NCBI GenBank assembly: GCA_964583685.1
Contig: CAZOVJ010000002.1
Span: 213,862 to 277,861 of the forward strand
Length of the DNA: 64,000 bases
Origin: an uncultured Gammaproteobacteria bacterium
GTDB lineage: Bacteria > Patescibacteriota > Microgenomatia > UBA8517
Reading direction: 5' to 3'
This document shows, piece after piece, positions 38,187 through 47,437 of the stretch. The translations under genes were made by a program, and so were the position numbers. Each line of letters opens with the position of its first letter. The first letter of the stretch is position 1. The notes under the pieces were generated by a model. It was not told the origin of the DNA. It did no database searches and was given only the letters and a program-made list of their open reading frames with translations.

Positions 38187-39785
38187 CATAAGTGTACGAT
38201 TCTGACATTTAACGAGGATATCAAAGGGTTTTTTGTAGGTAAAATCAATCTTTTTGTCCTTCAAGGTTAGGTTCTGAAATACAAAATTTAATAGCTCACT
38301 CTTTCGTTTATCACTTGCCTTGTTAAATAATTCTTTTGCTTTTTGAGACAGTTCTAAGTAGAGAATGGCTCTCTTAAACCATTTTTTGTCTAGGTTTTTG
38401 TATTTCTCGATTTCCTGTTCAAGTTCTTGCTTTTCCTGCTCATATTGGTCGTTTTTCTTGTCAAATTGGGCTTTTTTTATCTTTTGGTCTATATAGAGTT
38501 CTAGTAATCTATCTTGTTTAGGTTGTAGTTTTCCAAGGTGTCTGTTTAGGTTCTGTAATGATACATCCCTAATTTTTTGCTCCTCTTTAAGACCCTCTTT
38601 TAGCTCCTCTCGAAAAATTGGGCTAAGTTCTTCAGGCAAGCTGACCTTTTCTATTGCTTCTTCAAACACTCTCTGGAGATATTCGTGCTTAACCGAGCCC
38701 TGAGAACAACCGAAGCGATTTCTGGTGCAGTGATAGTAGATGTAGTGTAGATACAAAGGCTTTTTCATCTTTTTGATGGGTGTTTTACACTTAGGGCAAC
38801 ACCTTTTGTTCTTGTAGTGGAATTTGTTTTTACACTTGGGACAAATTAACTGAAACTTTTGCTCGGCAGTAATTCCTGCTCCACACTCACCGCATCGCAT
38901 TTCCTCAAGCTTGAAAGGGAAATCATAGATTCGTTGAAAACGGTGACCTTTGGCTTTTAGCCTTTCTTGGACTCTTTGCCAAAGCTCGTAATCAATAATT
39001 GGTTTGTGGCTGCCTTTATGTAATTTTCCTTTCCACCTAAACCAACAGTAATAGAAGGGATTTGTTAGTATATTATGCCAAGCTCCTTTACCGACCTTGC
39101 CCCCTGGCTTTCTTTTAGTAGCCCTACTCCTAAAACCATTTTTGTAAGCCCATTCCACAATCCCGTCAATAGAAAGTCTACCCACGTCATAGAGCTCAAA
39201 TGCCTTTTGGATTATCGGGGCCTTCGAGAAATCAACCTCTCTTTTATCTGATTCTTTGCCTGTTAGGGCAAAATACTCTTTCCTGGTTAAGTAACCAAGT
39301 GGGGGGACACTTGGAAAAAAACCTTGCTTAACCCTTTCCGCTTGCCCTTTTTTAGTTTCCTCACTGAGGTTGTCTATTTGCCATTTGGCCATAAGAGCTT
39401 GTAGGCCAAACATAGCGTGGCCTTGAGAATTGTTTTCAAACCTACCGGTGACACAGACTAAATCCAATTCTTTAACTCTCCATACATCGCATATTTGTCC
39501 TAAATCGTGCCAGTTTCTTGTTAGCCTGTCTGGCTTATGAGACAAAAGGCCGTACTGGCCAGTTGGGACTTGTCCTAGTATGCCCATCACTTCATTAAAC
39601 AATGGCCTACCTGAGTCTTTAGCTGATTTCTTTTCAGAAAACCACTTGATAATTTTCAATCCTTCTTTTTTAGCAAAATCTTCAATTTGATGTTTTTGGG
39701 CAGCAAGACTTAATTCTTGCTTGTCCTCGGTATCGGTTGACTTTCTGATATAAGCAAGATATTTTTTGTTGTTCATATTTGTCAT
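38148..39785 (-). CDS. Large serine recombinase (resolvase + recombinase + Zn ribbon + coiled coil), C-terminus encoded antisense to tRNA-Asn
   Basis: YIRKST catalytic Ser, SAKDSGRPLF, DRLTRN, PPLGY, NPFY, CGECG, YYHC; ends MLPGLDSNQQPFA inside the tRNA. Confidence 0.95.
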   Translation of the reverse strand: MTNMNNKKYLAYIRKSTDTEDKQELSLAAQKHQIEDFAKKEGLKIIKWFSEKKSAKDSGRPLFNEVMGILGQVPTGQYGLLSHKPDRLTRNWHDLGQICDVWRVKELDLVCVTGRFENNSQGHAMFGLQALMAKWQIDNLSEETKKGQAERVKQGFFPSVPPLGYLTRKEYFALTGKESDKREVDFSKAPIIQKAFELYDVGRLSIDGIVEWAYKNGFRSRATKRKPGGKVGKGAWHNILTNPFYYCWFRWKGKLHKGSHKPIIDYELWQRVQERLKAKGHRFQRIYDFPFKLEEMRCGECGAGITAEQKFQLICPKCKNKFHYKNKRCCPKCKTPIKKMKKPLYLHYIYYHCTRNRFGCSQGSVKHEYLQRVFEEAIEKVSLPEELSPIFREELKEGLKEEQKIRDVSLQNLNRHLGKLQPKQDRLLELYIDQKIKKAQFDKKNDQYEQEKQELEQEIEKYKNLDKKWFKRAILYLELSQKAKELFNKASDKRKSELLNFVFQNLTLKDKKIDFTYKKPFDILVKCQNRTLMLPGLDSNQQPFA

Positions 39786-39913
39786 TATTTTTCTTTACTG
39801 AGTTGGTGTAAGTTGGTGTATATTTTGTGCCTGTTTCTGACTAATTCTTTCGCCTGCTTAGGCACAAAAATCTTATGTAACAGTTTTTTGGCCTCTCCCA
39901 CCATCCCTGACAT
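39785..39913 (-). CDS. 42-aa basic peptide translationally coupled to the recombinase (not in ORF track)
   Basis: MSGMVGEAKKLLHKIFVPKQAKELVRNRHKIYTNLHQLSKEK; TAATG overlap with recombinase start; AGGCGG upstream. Confidence 0.4.
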   Translation of the reverse strand: MSGMVGEAKKLLHKIFVPKQAKELVRNRHKIYTNLHQLSKEK

Positions 39914-39917
39914 CCGC

Positions 39918-40568
39918 CTAACATTTCTTACTTAACCTTCTCTTATTCAGCTTTCTTAGTTTCCAAACTTTCTTTTTATATTTGTCGTTTTTTATAGAAA
40001 TAGGTTTGTTCAGAAGTATCCCCTCATAATAGAATTTCTCATCCGCATTTTTCTGATAATCGCCTGAAAGCTGTTTTAGTAACCCTCGCCCTCTTTCCGT
40101 ATGCTCGTCAAGAGCTTCTGATTGAATTTTTAGTTTCCAGCCCGCCTTTCTTTTCAAATCAATATAATCGCAGGCGTAGTCAATTTCTCTGGATTTTTTA
40201 GCCCTACAAAGATAGAGGACAGCCATAGCAGGATGAAATGTTTCTATGTAATACTTTTTATTCACCCTTTCATTTAATTGGGCTAAGGCGTTAATTAGGA
40301 TTGGAGCTTGCGAGTCGGCAAGGCCAGCATCTTCAACAACAATGACGCTTAGCCTTCTCCAAAGGTAAGCAATATAGCGACCTTTAATTAGCTCCATCAT
40401 CCAAAACAAAGCCTTTTCCTCTTGGCCTCTACGAATAGCTTTTTGGAGTGAACTGACTACCTCATCCAATTTATACCCACCCGGAGTTTTGAGTTCAAAA
40501 GCAGGCTTTCTATCCTTCTTTTTTCCGTTTTTCTTTGTTTGGCTTTCTGCCTTAGTTTGGTTTTTCAT
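39918..40568 (-). CDS. Stand-alone MgsA/RarA C-terminal-like helical domain protein
   Basis: VSSLQKAIRRG...ALFW...LWRRL...VEDAGLAD...AKKSR...ALDEHT; no Walker A. Confidence 0.7.
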   Translation of the reverse strand: MKNQTKAESQTKKNGKKKDRKPAFELKTPGGYKLDEVVSSLQKAIRRGQEEKALFWMMELIKGRYIAYLWRRLSVIVVEDAGLADSQAPILINALAQLNERVNKKYYIETFHPAMAVLYLCRAKKSREIDYACDYIDLKRKAGWKLKIQSEALDEHTERGRGLLKQLSGDYQKNADEKFYYEGILLNKPISIKNDKYKKKVWKLRKLNKRRLSKKC

Positions 40569-40780
40569 TTTAATCTCCTTTTTGGCCTTCTGAGATGCTC
40601 CTGAACGCTCTTTAGCAGCTTCAAGGTAGATGTTTATTGTTTTATCTCAAATGGCTCTTTTATCAGCTTATAATTTTTCTATCAGACTTTATTAGATTTT
40701 GGGACTGACAGTCTCAGCTAGGTTTATGAATGTGCAAAATAGCCTGATTTATGATATATTTTGAGCGTAACAGCCTGGCC

Positions 40781-41185
40781 TCATACGTCAAGTAAGGGTT
40801 CATTTGCCCCCGAAAGTTCCTTCTTAACTTTTTTAATCACTGTGTGCAGTTTTTCAATTATTTTGCTTGTTGGTAAATTCCCTATTTCATCCCAAATCCG
40901 GATGACTAATTCTTGGCTTTCGTTATTAAGTAATCTCAAGAGGTTGTCTGTATTTTTCATAAGTTGAATCTTCCGCCTCCATTTTCTGGCTTCTGATTTG
41001 GGAATATACATTTTCTTCAACTTTCTCTCTAATCTTTCGTCATAATCTCGGTAATACAGATAATAGGCTTTATGCCCTTTACCTCTGGTACAACGGCAAT
41101 TTGATTTTCCGCATTTAACTTTTTCAAGCCTGATTATTCCTAGCTCTTTCGGTTTATACTCTCTAAATGCTAAATCGTAGGCCAT
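40781..41185 (-). CDS. DUF6788-like Zn-binding putative DNA-binding protein
   Basis: KCGKSNCRCTRGKGHKAYYLY...KKMYIP. Confidence 0.65.
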   Translation of the reverse strand: MAYDLAFREYKPKELGIIRLEKVKCGKSNCRCTRGKGHKAYYLYYRDYDERLERKLKKMYIPKSEARKWRRKIQLMKNTDNLLRLLNNESQELVIRIWDEIGNLPTSKIIEKLHTVIKKVKKELSGANEPLLDV

Positions 41186-41189
41186 ACTA

Positions 41190-41444
41190 CTAACTTTCAG
41201 AAAATACCCTCGCTTTTAAGTTTTTGATGCTATTGACAAAAGATTTGACCTCAACCTTTGCTTCTCCCAACCAGTAGCAATTAACCTTTTCCTCGCATCG
41301 CCCTTTGTTGTTAAACACAAACCAGAAAAAGTCTTTTTCGGGCTCAAGTCTCACCAGTTTTTCCGACAGAGACAAGAAACTGGCAAGATATAAATCTTTA
41401 GTTCTGTATTCGTTCTGTTTTGGCATTTTTGGTTTCCTTTTCAA
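41190..41444 (-). CDS. DUF5659-like small mobile-element protein
   Basis: YRTKDLYLASFL...FWFVF...IKNLKARVF. Confidence 0.6.
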   Translation of the reverse strand: MKRKPKMPKQNEYRTKDLYLASFLSLSEKLVRLEPEKDFFWFVFNNKGRCEEKVNCYWLGEAKVEVKSFVNSIKNLKARVFSES

Positions 41445-41580
41445 TCTTGTATAAAGTCACTAAAAAACCTCTGATATTCGCCGAAATCCCCCTGACTTCG
41501 TTGTCAGTAAGATTTCTCTGATACAGAGGTTCAAAGTATTGCTTGATTCGCTGCTGGTTTTTGGTAAGTTTGATGTCCAT
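41398..41580 (-). CDS. Small hypothetical protein
   Basis: 60 aa, YFEPLYQRNLTDNEVRGISANI; in operon with neighbours. Confidence 0.55.
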   Translation of the reverse strand: MDIKLTKNQQRIKQYFEPLYQRNLTDNEVRGISANIRGFLVTLYKIEKETKNAKTERIQN

Positions 41581-41668
41581 TTTCTCTGGGTTTTAATCTT
41601 TAATCCCAGATTAAGGCATTAAACTTCTTAATGTAATGGAGGTTTAATAGAAAGCTAAGTTTCCGCTT

Positions 41669-42349
41669 TTAAGAGGCTTGGAGTCTTTTTTCGTACTGCT
41701 TTACTGCCTTCCTGACCGTTTCTTTATACTTTTCAGGGTCAATGCCGCCTCTTTCTTTGTCTTCTGTGGCGATTTGCAGGTGAGTTTTCTCTTGTTTCTT
41801 TTTCCAATACCATTTCCTGTCCCTTTTTATATTGCTGATTGTATCGGGCGGTGCGTCTCCGTATGAGAGATAAACCCTATCAAAAGGTCTGATTTTCCTG
41901 ATAGTCTTAACCTGGGTTTTGAACTCCCTAAAAGCAGCTTCTAACTCTTTCTTGGTGGTGTCTGCTGTTATATAAATAGCAAATCTTGTAGGTGTACCCA
42001 CATCCATATCATTATCAACAGGACGCCAGTAGGCGGTTTCGTAGATTTTGTCATCAATATATCCGCTAATGATAGCCATATAGATAGCCCTGTCAAAGTT
42101 GGCTGTGAGCCTAAAGTGATTTCTTATTGGAGCAACATCTTTCCAGAAGCTATCGTATTGACCTTTTTTAACCATCCTGCTTGCCCATTCAAACTCCTGC
42201 TTTGGCTTAATAAGTCTAGTAATCTGCCACTTTTGCCTTAATCTGGTTACCTCTTTCAGAAAATCTTTTCTATCCACCAAGAAAGCAATATCGCAGTATT
42301 TCTTTTTATTCTTAATCTTTATCCTTACAGGTTCATATTTCATCTTCAT
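41669..42349 (-). CDS. Hypothetical protein, possible C-terminal HTH
   Basis: NIKRDRKWYW...THLQIA...ETVRKAVKQY. Confidence 0.6.
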   Translation of the reverse strand: MKMKYEPVRIKIKNKKKYCDIAFLVDRKDFLKEVTRLRQKWQITRLIKPKQEFEWASRMVKKGQYDSFWKDVAPIRNHFRLTANFDRAIYMAIISGYIDDKIYETAYWRPVDNDMDVGTPTRFAIYITADTTKKELEAAFREFKTQVKTIRKIRPFDRVYLSYGDAPPDTISNIKRDRKWYWKKKQEKTHLQIATEDKERGGIDPEKYKETVRKAVKQYEKRLQAS

Positions 42350-42471
42350 CTAACTGGTATTTTATTGGATTAGAAGGATTTATTCAAAAATGGAGGTGTT
42401 CAAGGGAAAGTATCCGACAAAACAAAGCTAAGGAGCAGTCTTACTTTTTGAGCCAAAAATAGACAAGTTGC

Positions 42472-42903
42472 CTATTTGTAGTCTTCCACAATCATCTCGT
42501 AATTACCCAAAGAGTTAGAGTCGATATAGTATTCTCCCGAGCCATAAAAAATCGATTCATCCTTTACTGAGCCAGTTGTGTTCATAATCAGGTCTGACAT
42601 AATCTCACTATCTGGTTTTTGCAAAAAAGCTTGGCATAAATCGCCAGTACAGTTGTATTTGATTTTGAATCTATCCCCAGTAATTGTGAATGGTTCAGAT
42701 TTTTTAGCCCCATTGCCCTTGAAGGTAAAAACTGGTTGGTATTCTTTGGTGGCTTCTTTACTTTTTTGTGAGACTTCGGTTTCAGTCGTTGGACTGGTAT
42801 TTGATTGTTTTTCTCCACCACTGCCTGCCAATAAGCCAATGACTATAAAAACAGCCAATATGATACCTGCTATTTTTAGAACTTTTTTCACTTTTCTTCT
42901 CAC
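42472..42903 (-). CDS. Membrane-anchored hypothetical protein
   Basis: N-terminal TM; FKGNGAKKSEPFTITG beta domain. Confidence 0.7.
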   Translation of the reverse strand: MRRKVKKVLKIAGIILAVFIVIGLLAGSGGEKQSNTSPTTETEVSQKSKEATKEYQPVFTFKGNGAKKSEPFTITGDRFKIKYNCTGDLCQAFLQKPDSEIMSDLIMNTTGSVKDESIFYGSGEYYIDSNSLGNYEMIVEDYK

Positions 42904-43009
42904 CTCCTTTCGTTTTGGTTTGTTTGGTGAAAATATAACAGATTTACCGTCAAAAGTCTATGTTTACTGCGTTGTCGTTTTCTGAGGATTGGTAAACAAT
43001 AGATTCACA

Positions 43010-43225
43010 ATGCTATCCAAAAAAGCCTTCGCGGAGAAAGTTGGAAAAAATATAAAACGATTGAGAGAAAAAAGGGGGCTATCACAGGAGGAATTAGCTC
43101 ACAAAGCTGGACTTTACCGAACTTACATGGGTCACTTAGAAAACGCCAGATATTCCCCCAGTGCTTATATTTTGTATAAACTAGCTAAGATTTTGAAAAT
43201 AAAGATTTCGGAGTTTTTTTCTTAA
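43010..43225 (+). CDS. XRE-family HTH regulator
   Basis: VGKNIKRLREKRGLSQEELAHKAGLYRTYMGHLENARYSPS. Confidence 0.9.
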   Translation: MLSKKAFAEKVGKNIKRLREKRGLSQEELAHKAGLYRTYMGHLENARYSPSAYILYKLAKILKIKISEFFS

Positions 43226-43236
43226 CGAAGTCAATT

Positions 43237-43662
43237 TTAGGATGCTTGAGTTGTTTTTTGAATCATTTCTAAATTCTTTAGTAATTGTTTGAGGATGGAT
43301 TTTTCAAAGAACTCAAAAGCTGGTTTATCTTTTGTCGTAAGCAAGTATCTTGCGGCTTTACTAGAAACTCTTAGGTGATGATATTTTGCCCTTATAGATG
43401 GAAATCTTTTAGCAATCAGGGTTTCCCTAAAGGCGTGCATGCTTTTATCTATGTCTAATGAGGCCATAGTTGACCGGTGGCGATTATAACAGTCATCAGT
43501 ATGCAATATTTCTGGGATACGGGTGAATGCAGCTTCAACGAAATGAAGAGCAGCATAAAAAGCACAAGTAATAGACCAATCTATAAAATCTGTCTTGGAA
43601 AGTTGTTTTGAGAGTTTCTTATTGTGCTCCGCTTGAGCATTATGCGTAGATAAACTTGACAT
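43237..43662 (-). CDS. HEPN-domain protein (putative RNase toxin)
   Basis: HNAQAEHN...DWSITCAFYAALHFVEAAF...H...Y..L..SSKAARY. Confidence 0.7.
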   Translation of the reverse strand: MSSLSTHNAQAEHNKKLSKQLSKTDFIDWSITCAFYAALHFVEAAFTRIPEILHTDDCYNRHRSTMASLDIDKSMHAFRETLIAKRFPSIRAKYHHLRVSSKAARYLLTTKDKPAFEFFEKSILKQLLKNLEMIQKTTQAS

Positions 43663-44323
43663 TTTGGTAATCAAATGATTTTGCTGGGTGCAGATAGTCA
43701 TTAAATTCAGTTGACTCCTCTCTTTTTTTAACTGATAAATTTTCTTGTATTGCTCTGGTGAATATCAGTCTGTCTTCCTGGGGATTTATTAGGTTATTAC
43801 TTTCAGGATAATATGGAATATATTCAAAACTGATTAGTTTTTCTGAGAATGAGTCTTTAACAGGAAATTCTGCTTCATTAAAAATTTTGTCCATCAAATT
43901 GTAGTTATAGTGCTCAACATCTAATATGACCTTGACGGTTGTTAATTCTTCATTATGACTAATATAAATTTCTCTTATTTGTTCAAAATTTTTCAACCTG
44001 CGTGCTATTTTTAATTCTAATTGCTCTTCCGGTGTTGTTGGGTAATCTGACATAAGAGTAAAATCTTGTAAAGGCTGGTTAAAAGCTAAATAGCTTTGTG
44101 GTGGTGAGGCTGTGAAGTAAATAACTTGATTCATTTGTTGTTCACTTTGTGTCCCTAAGGAGATAAGGGCGGATTCTTCACAGGAGGCATTTATTGACTT
44201 TACTTCTATCGATGCCCCAGGAGATGCGTTTTCTTCATCAATAAACTTCCTTTGTAGTGAGGCAAGTAAGTAAGTATCATTTAATTTAGAGGTAGCTTCA
44301 AAACTGCTATTTATTGTGTTCAT
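43640..44323 (-). CDS. Hypothetical protein, possible MNT-like antitoxin
   Basis: Low-complexity N-terminus; C-domain IREIYI...VKVILD...ISFEYIP; overlaps the HEPN gene. Confidence 0.5.
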   Translation of the reverse strand: MNTINSSFEATSKLNDTYLLASLQRKFIDEENASPGASIEVKSINASCEESALISLGTQSEQQMNQVIYFTASPPQSYLAFNQPLQDFTLMSDYPTTPEEQLELKIARRLKNFEQIREIYISHNEELTTVKVILDVEHYNYNLMDKIFNEAEFPVKDSFSEKLISFEYIPYYPESNNLINPQEDRLIFTRAIQENLSVKKREESTEFNDYLHPAKSFDYQNVKFIYA

Positions 44324-44328
44324 TTTAA

Positions 44329-45030
44329 CTATAGTCCGAGACTGGCGAGAGTACTTTTTACCGATAATTCAAAGGCGTTACTAAAAAATGCCATCGCTTT
44401 TGGAAAATCAATTTTGTATTTAATTGTTTTTAATGTATTGATGTCTGATATTACTAAAAACAATCCTTTTTCTTTATTTCCTTCTTTTGAAATTAGCCTT
44501 ATCCAGTTATTTGTTTTGAAATCTCCAATTTTTTCAATAAATAATCTATGTATCTGTAGTTCGGTTGAGGCGTCTTTCGGATTACTAAGATAATTTTTCT
44601 TTAGGAGTTCTATTCCGTTGATAGATTGGCTGACTTTGTATTTTGTAACTAATCCTAGTCTATTGCTGGTCATTGAAAATCTAGTAAAGGTAATTTTGGC
44701 TAGTCTTTGGACAACCTTAAAGAAATCTTCTTTTGTTTTCTCAAGCGGCTTTTTCTCATCTGTTTCTTTATAGCTTAAATCAAGCCTATTGGCAGCGATA
44801 TTACAAGTTAGGTTTTTGTCTTTGCTAATTAAAATTATTCTTGGTATTTCTAAAGGTGCATCATCTGGTATTGGAAGGGTAGTTGGTGTTCCATTGAGTT
44901 TTGGAGATAGTCCTTTTTGTATTAAACTAGCTACACTTAACCTGTTTGATAAATCTATATTCCCGAGGAAAAAAGCAGCCTGAATGGATTGTGTAGAGAA
45001 TGGTATTTTCATAAAATCTAAATTAGACAA
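44329..45030 (-). CDS. TIGR04255-like protein
   Basis: PIPDDAPLEIPRIIL...NIAANRLD...NRLGLV...SDINT. Confidence 0.55.
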   Translation of the reverse strand: MSNLDFMKIPFSTQSIQAAFFLGNIDLSNRLSVASLIQKGLSPKLNGTPTTLPIPDDAPLEIPRIILISKDKNLTCNIAANRLDLSYKETDEKKPLEKTKEDFFKVVQRLAKITFTRFSMTSNRLGLVTKYKVSQSINGIELLKKNYLSNPKDASTELQIHRLFIEKIGDFKTNNWIRLISKEGNKEKGLFLVISDINTLKTIKYKIDFPKAMAFFSNAFELSVKSTLASLGL

Positions 45031-45074
45031 ATATATTATAACAGAAGGTAAAATTAATTTCTTTTTACACCATT

Positions 45075-45107
45075 AAACTAGTCCGAACTTCGTCTACGAT
45101 GGGGAGC
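45075..45107. repeat. att-like site S1
   Basis: AAACTAGTCCGAACTTCGTCTACGATGGGGAGC; minus strand LPIVDEVRTSL. Confidence 0.8.
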
Positions 45108-45189
45108 CGAACTTTTTTGGCCTCAGATTTTACTACCCTCAGCAGGACGTTAAAACCCATGCTAGACTTGTTCAGACCTTTATAATGTT

Positions 45190-45762
45190 GTGAACAAACC
45201 AAGACCCAACAAGGCAGAGAAAAAGTTTTTGAATTTAGCATACAACAAGTTTTACGACATTTTTGATGAGATTGCCAATGACTCCTTTTGGAAGAAAAGT
45301 GATTATTACAGATTATGTAAAATTAAAGAAGCCTTTTCTTTGTATTCCGAACTTCTTAATTATCCACCAATAGGTTGGTTTATAGAGCAATTAAAGGAGA
45401 ACCGTCCCCCAATGGAGGCAGAGATAGGTGGTGAACTATTTCGTTTTGTCAGAAATGTTATGGTTCACTTTCCCTTATTTGAAGGCTGGAATGAAATTTG
45501 GATAGATAAAGATATTGTAAATTGGCACAAAAAAGGATTGTCCATTGATAGGTTTCTTAAAAAATACGATGGACATAAAGTGGTTAAATATAGAATTTGG
45601 GAAGCAGCAAAAAAGAAAATGACTTATATAAGTATAAAATTTCCTAAAAGCTACAAAAAGGGCAAGAAGGTTTACCTAAGGGATGTTATTGAAGAAAAAG
45701 ATGGAATTTGGTTTTCGGTAGTTTTTATGAAAAAAATCCTGGACCCTCAAATTGAACAATGA
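45190..45762 (+). CDS. Hypothetical cassette protein
   Basis: 190-aa ORF, FRFVRNVMVHFPLF (possible R-x4-H). Confidence 0.7.
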   Translation: MNKPRPNKAEKKFLNLAYNKFYDIFDEIANDSFWKKSDYYRLCKIKEAFSLYSELLNYPPIGWFIEQLKENRPPMEAEIGGELFRFVRNVMVHFPLFEGWNEIWIDKDIVNWHKKGLSIDRFLKKYDGHKVVKYRIWEAAKKKMTYISIKFPKSYKKGKKVYLRDVIEEKDGIWFSVVFMKKILDPQIEQ

Positions 45763-45776
45763 TGGAAACTGGCTTC

Positions 45777-46436
45777 TTATAACAATTCAGAAGGGCGATA
45801 TTTATTCATTCCTGGGTTTGGCCATATTTCCCCAATGAATACCCGTTCACTTGAAACACTATAAAACATTACTGCCGAAAATGGATAGTTTTTAGAATTG
45901 AAACGCTTGGAAATTATTTCCCAATCCACAAAACTGACATCCTCAGGAATTATTAGCAACTTTGTGTTTGTTTTTGTGTACCGCCGAGGTATTTCCTTGT
46001 TAAGGTATTCTAAAAGAGTTTCTGTTATGTCTCCCTTTTTATGTTTTCTAAAGCGTTTTAATTGAAACGCAATACCTTTGGAAGTTTTCCTGTCCATATA
46101 TTTTATTTTTCCTGGGCTTATTACAACATCTATTGGAGTATTAGAGTCGGTATATCTTCTCAAAATCTCTCTAATTAACAACAGATTCGCCTTTCCTTTA
46201 TCTGGTATGTCTCTCGCATATTTATCTTTTAGCTTAAATCCTATTAGGGTATCGGTTTTCCACAATTTACGGTAGAAACCACTTAATAGTAAACTTATTA
46301 TTAATTCGTAGTTTTGGGAATCAGACTTTATGTTAACTTTTTTTAATAATGCCTTTAAAGTTCGTCTCTTAATAAAAAATGTCTCCACAAGACCTATTAT
46401 ATTAGATGTTGTGAAGATAAAAGGTTCTGACTTCAT
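45777..46436 (-). CDS. Hypothetical protein, possible PD-(D/E/Q)xK nuclease fold
   Basis: PIDVVI...AFQLKR; start lies within att arm S2. Confidence 0.5.
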   Translation of the reverse strand: MKSEPFIFTTSNIIGLVETFFIKRRTLKALLKKVNIKSDSQNYELIISLLLSGFYRKLWKTDTLIGFKLKDKYARDIPDKGKANLLLIREILRRYTDSNTPIDVVISPGKIKYMDRKTSKGIAFQLKRFRKHKKGDITETLLEYLNKEIPRRYTKTNTKLLIIPEDVSFVDWEIISKRFNSKNYPFSAVMFYSVSSERVFIGEIWPNPGMNKYRPSELL

Positions 46437-46568
46437 CCACGATAAGATTTCGTGCTTTATGTAGAAAGAAAATTACGCTGATAATCTGGATGAAGAATTA
46501 GAAACGGGCTTGGTACTTCTGTGTAATGCCTGATGAAATAGTTTCTGTATTTATATATATTAGGGAGC
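46420..46568. repeat. att-like sites S2 and S3 plus ~130-bp repeat copy 1
   Basis: S2 minus strand LIVDEVRTF; S3 LPNIYKYRNYF; homologous to 49340-49472. Confidence 0.8.
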
Positions 46569-46616
46569 TAGCTTCAGAAAACCTATTTAGCGGGCTTTAT
46601 TTGGTAGAATAGAAGT

Positions 46617-47330
46617 ATGAGAGTTGGGTTGGTGATTGCTAAAGATGAGAAAGATTTATCTGAACTGAGAAAGTTCGTTCTTGAAACAAAAGAGGTAGAT
46701 TTGTTTCTTTTCCCCGAGGGATATTTAGATGCAGCCCAGCTTGATGAAGCATCGGAAATCGTGGCAAGGTCAAGTAAGTGGCTTGTAACTAGCTATTCTG
46801 ATGAAAGAAAAAAGAGAAAAATTGAGGTGGGAGTTGTATTTAATAGGAGAGGTAAAATAGTTGGCAAGCACGCTAAGACGACTTTAACCCGAGATGAGAT
46901 AAAAAAGGGTTACGTCTCGGGCAAAAGTATTGAAATTATCAAAACAGAATTTGGGAAAATAGGAATCTGTGTTTGTTACGAGATGCATTTTCCTGAAATA
47001 GCTCGGGAATACAAACTCCAAGGTGCAAGAGCGATTTTCAACCCCGTCGGGACAGGAATGTATAACGAGGAACAATATAGGCTTTGGGCTTCGTTGGGTA
47101 AAACCAGAGCTTATGAAAATGGAGTTTACACCTTTGGCTGCAGCCACCTTAGCGATGCGATTCCAATAGCCTACGCTTATGATAAAGATGGAATTGAGCT
47201 ACTAAAAGCAAGGGCTGTAAATAAGCTCTTTATACTTAATGTTCCTGTTGAGGAGATGACGAGGAAAGATGATAGGTGTAGTTTGATAACCAAAAGAACT
47301 CCCAAGCTTTATAAAAACCTTTCTAGGTAA
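46617..47330 (+). CDS. Carbon-nitrogen hydrolase (nitrilase superfamily)
   Basis: FPEG, HAK, GICVCYE (E-K-C triad), TRAYEN. Confidence 0.9.
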   Translation: MRVGLVIAKDEKDLSELRKFVLETKEVDLFLFPEGYLDAAQLDEASEIVARSSKWLVTSYSDERKKRKIEVGVVFNRRGKIVGKHAKTTLTRDEIKKGYVSGKSIEIIKTEFGKIGICVCYEMHFPEIAREYKLQGARAIFNPVGTGMYNEEQYRLWASLGKTRAYENGVYTFGCSHLSDAIPIAYAYDKDGIELLKARAVNKLFILNVPVEEMTRKDDRCSLITKRTPKLYKNLSR

Positions 47331-47332
47331 CT

Positions 47333-47362
47333 AAACTAGTTCGAACTTCGTCCACGATAGAG
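47333..47362. repeat. att-like site S4
   Basis: AAACTAGTTCGAACTTCGTCCACGAT; minus strand SIVDEVRTSL. Confidence 0.8.
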
Positions 47363-47437
47363 TAACTTCAAGCTCAATTTGATGGGCTTTCTGATTTTTA
47401 ATTTTCGCTAGCGATGATGTTTTGGTAGAATTAACAT

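Larger units (their letters stand above)
38181..45107. mobile_element. Proximal integrative element (~6.9 kb) carrying the recombinase
   Basis: Core GGGGAGC at 38181-38187 and 45101-45107; joining them gives an intact recombinase ending MLPIVDEVRTSLMV*. Confidence 0.75.

Noticed and set aside
38187-45107. Prophage
   Set aside because: No terminase, capsid, tail or lysis genes recognised
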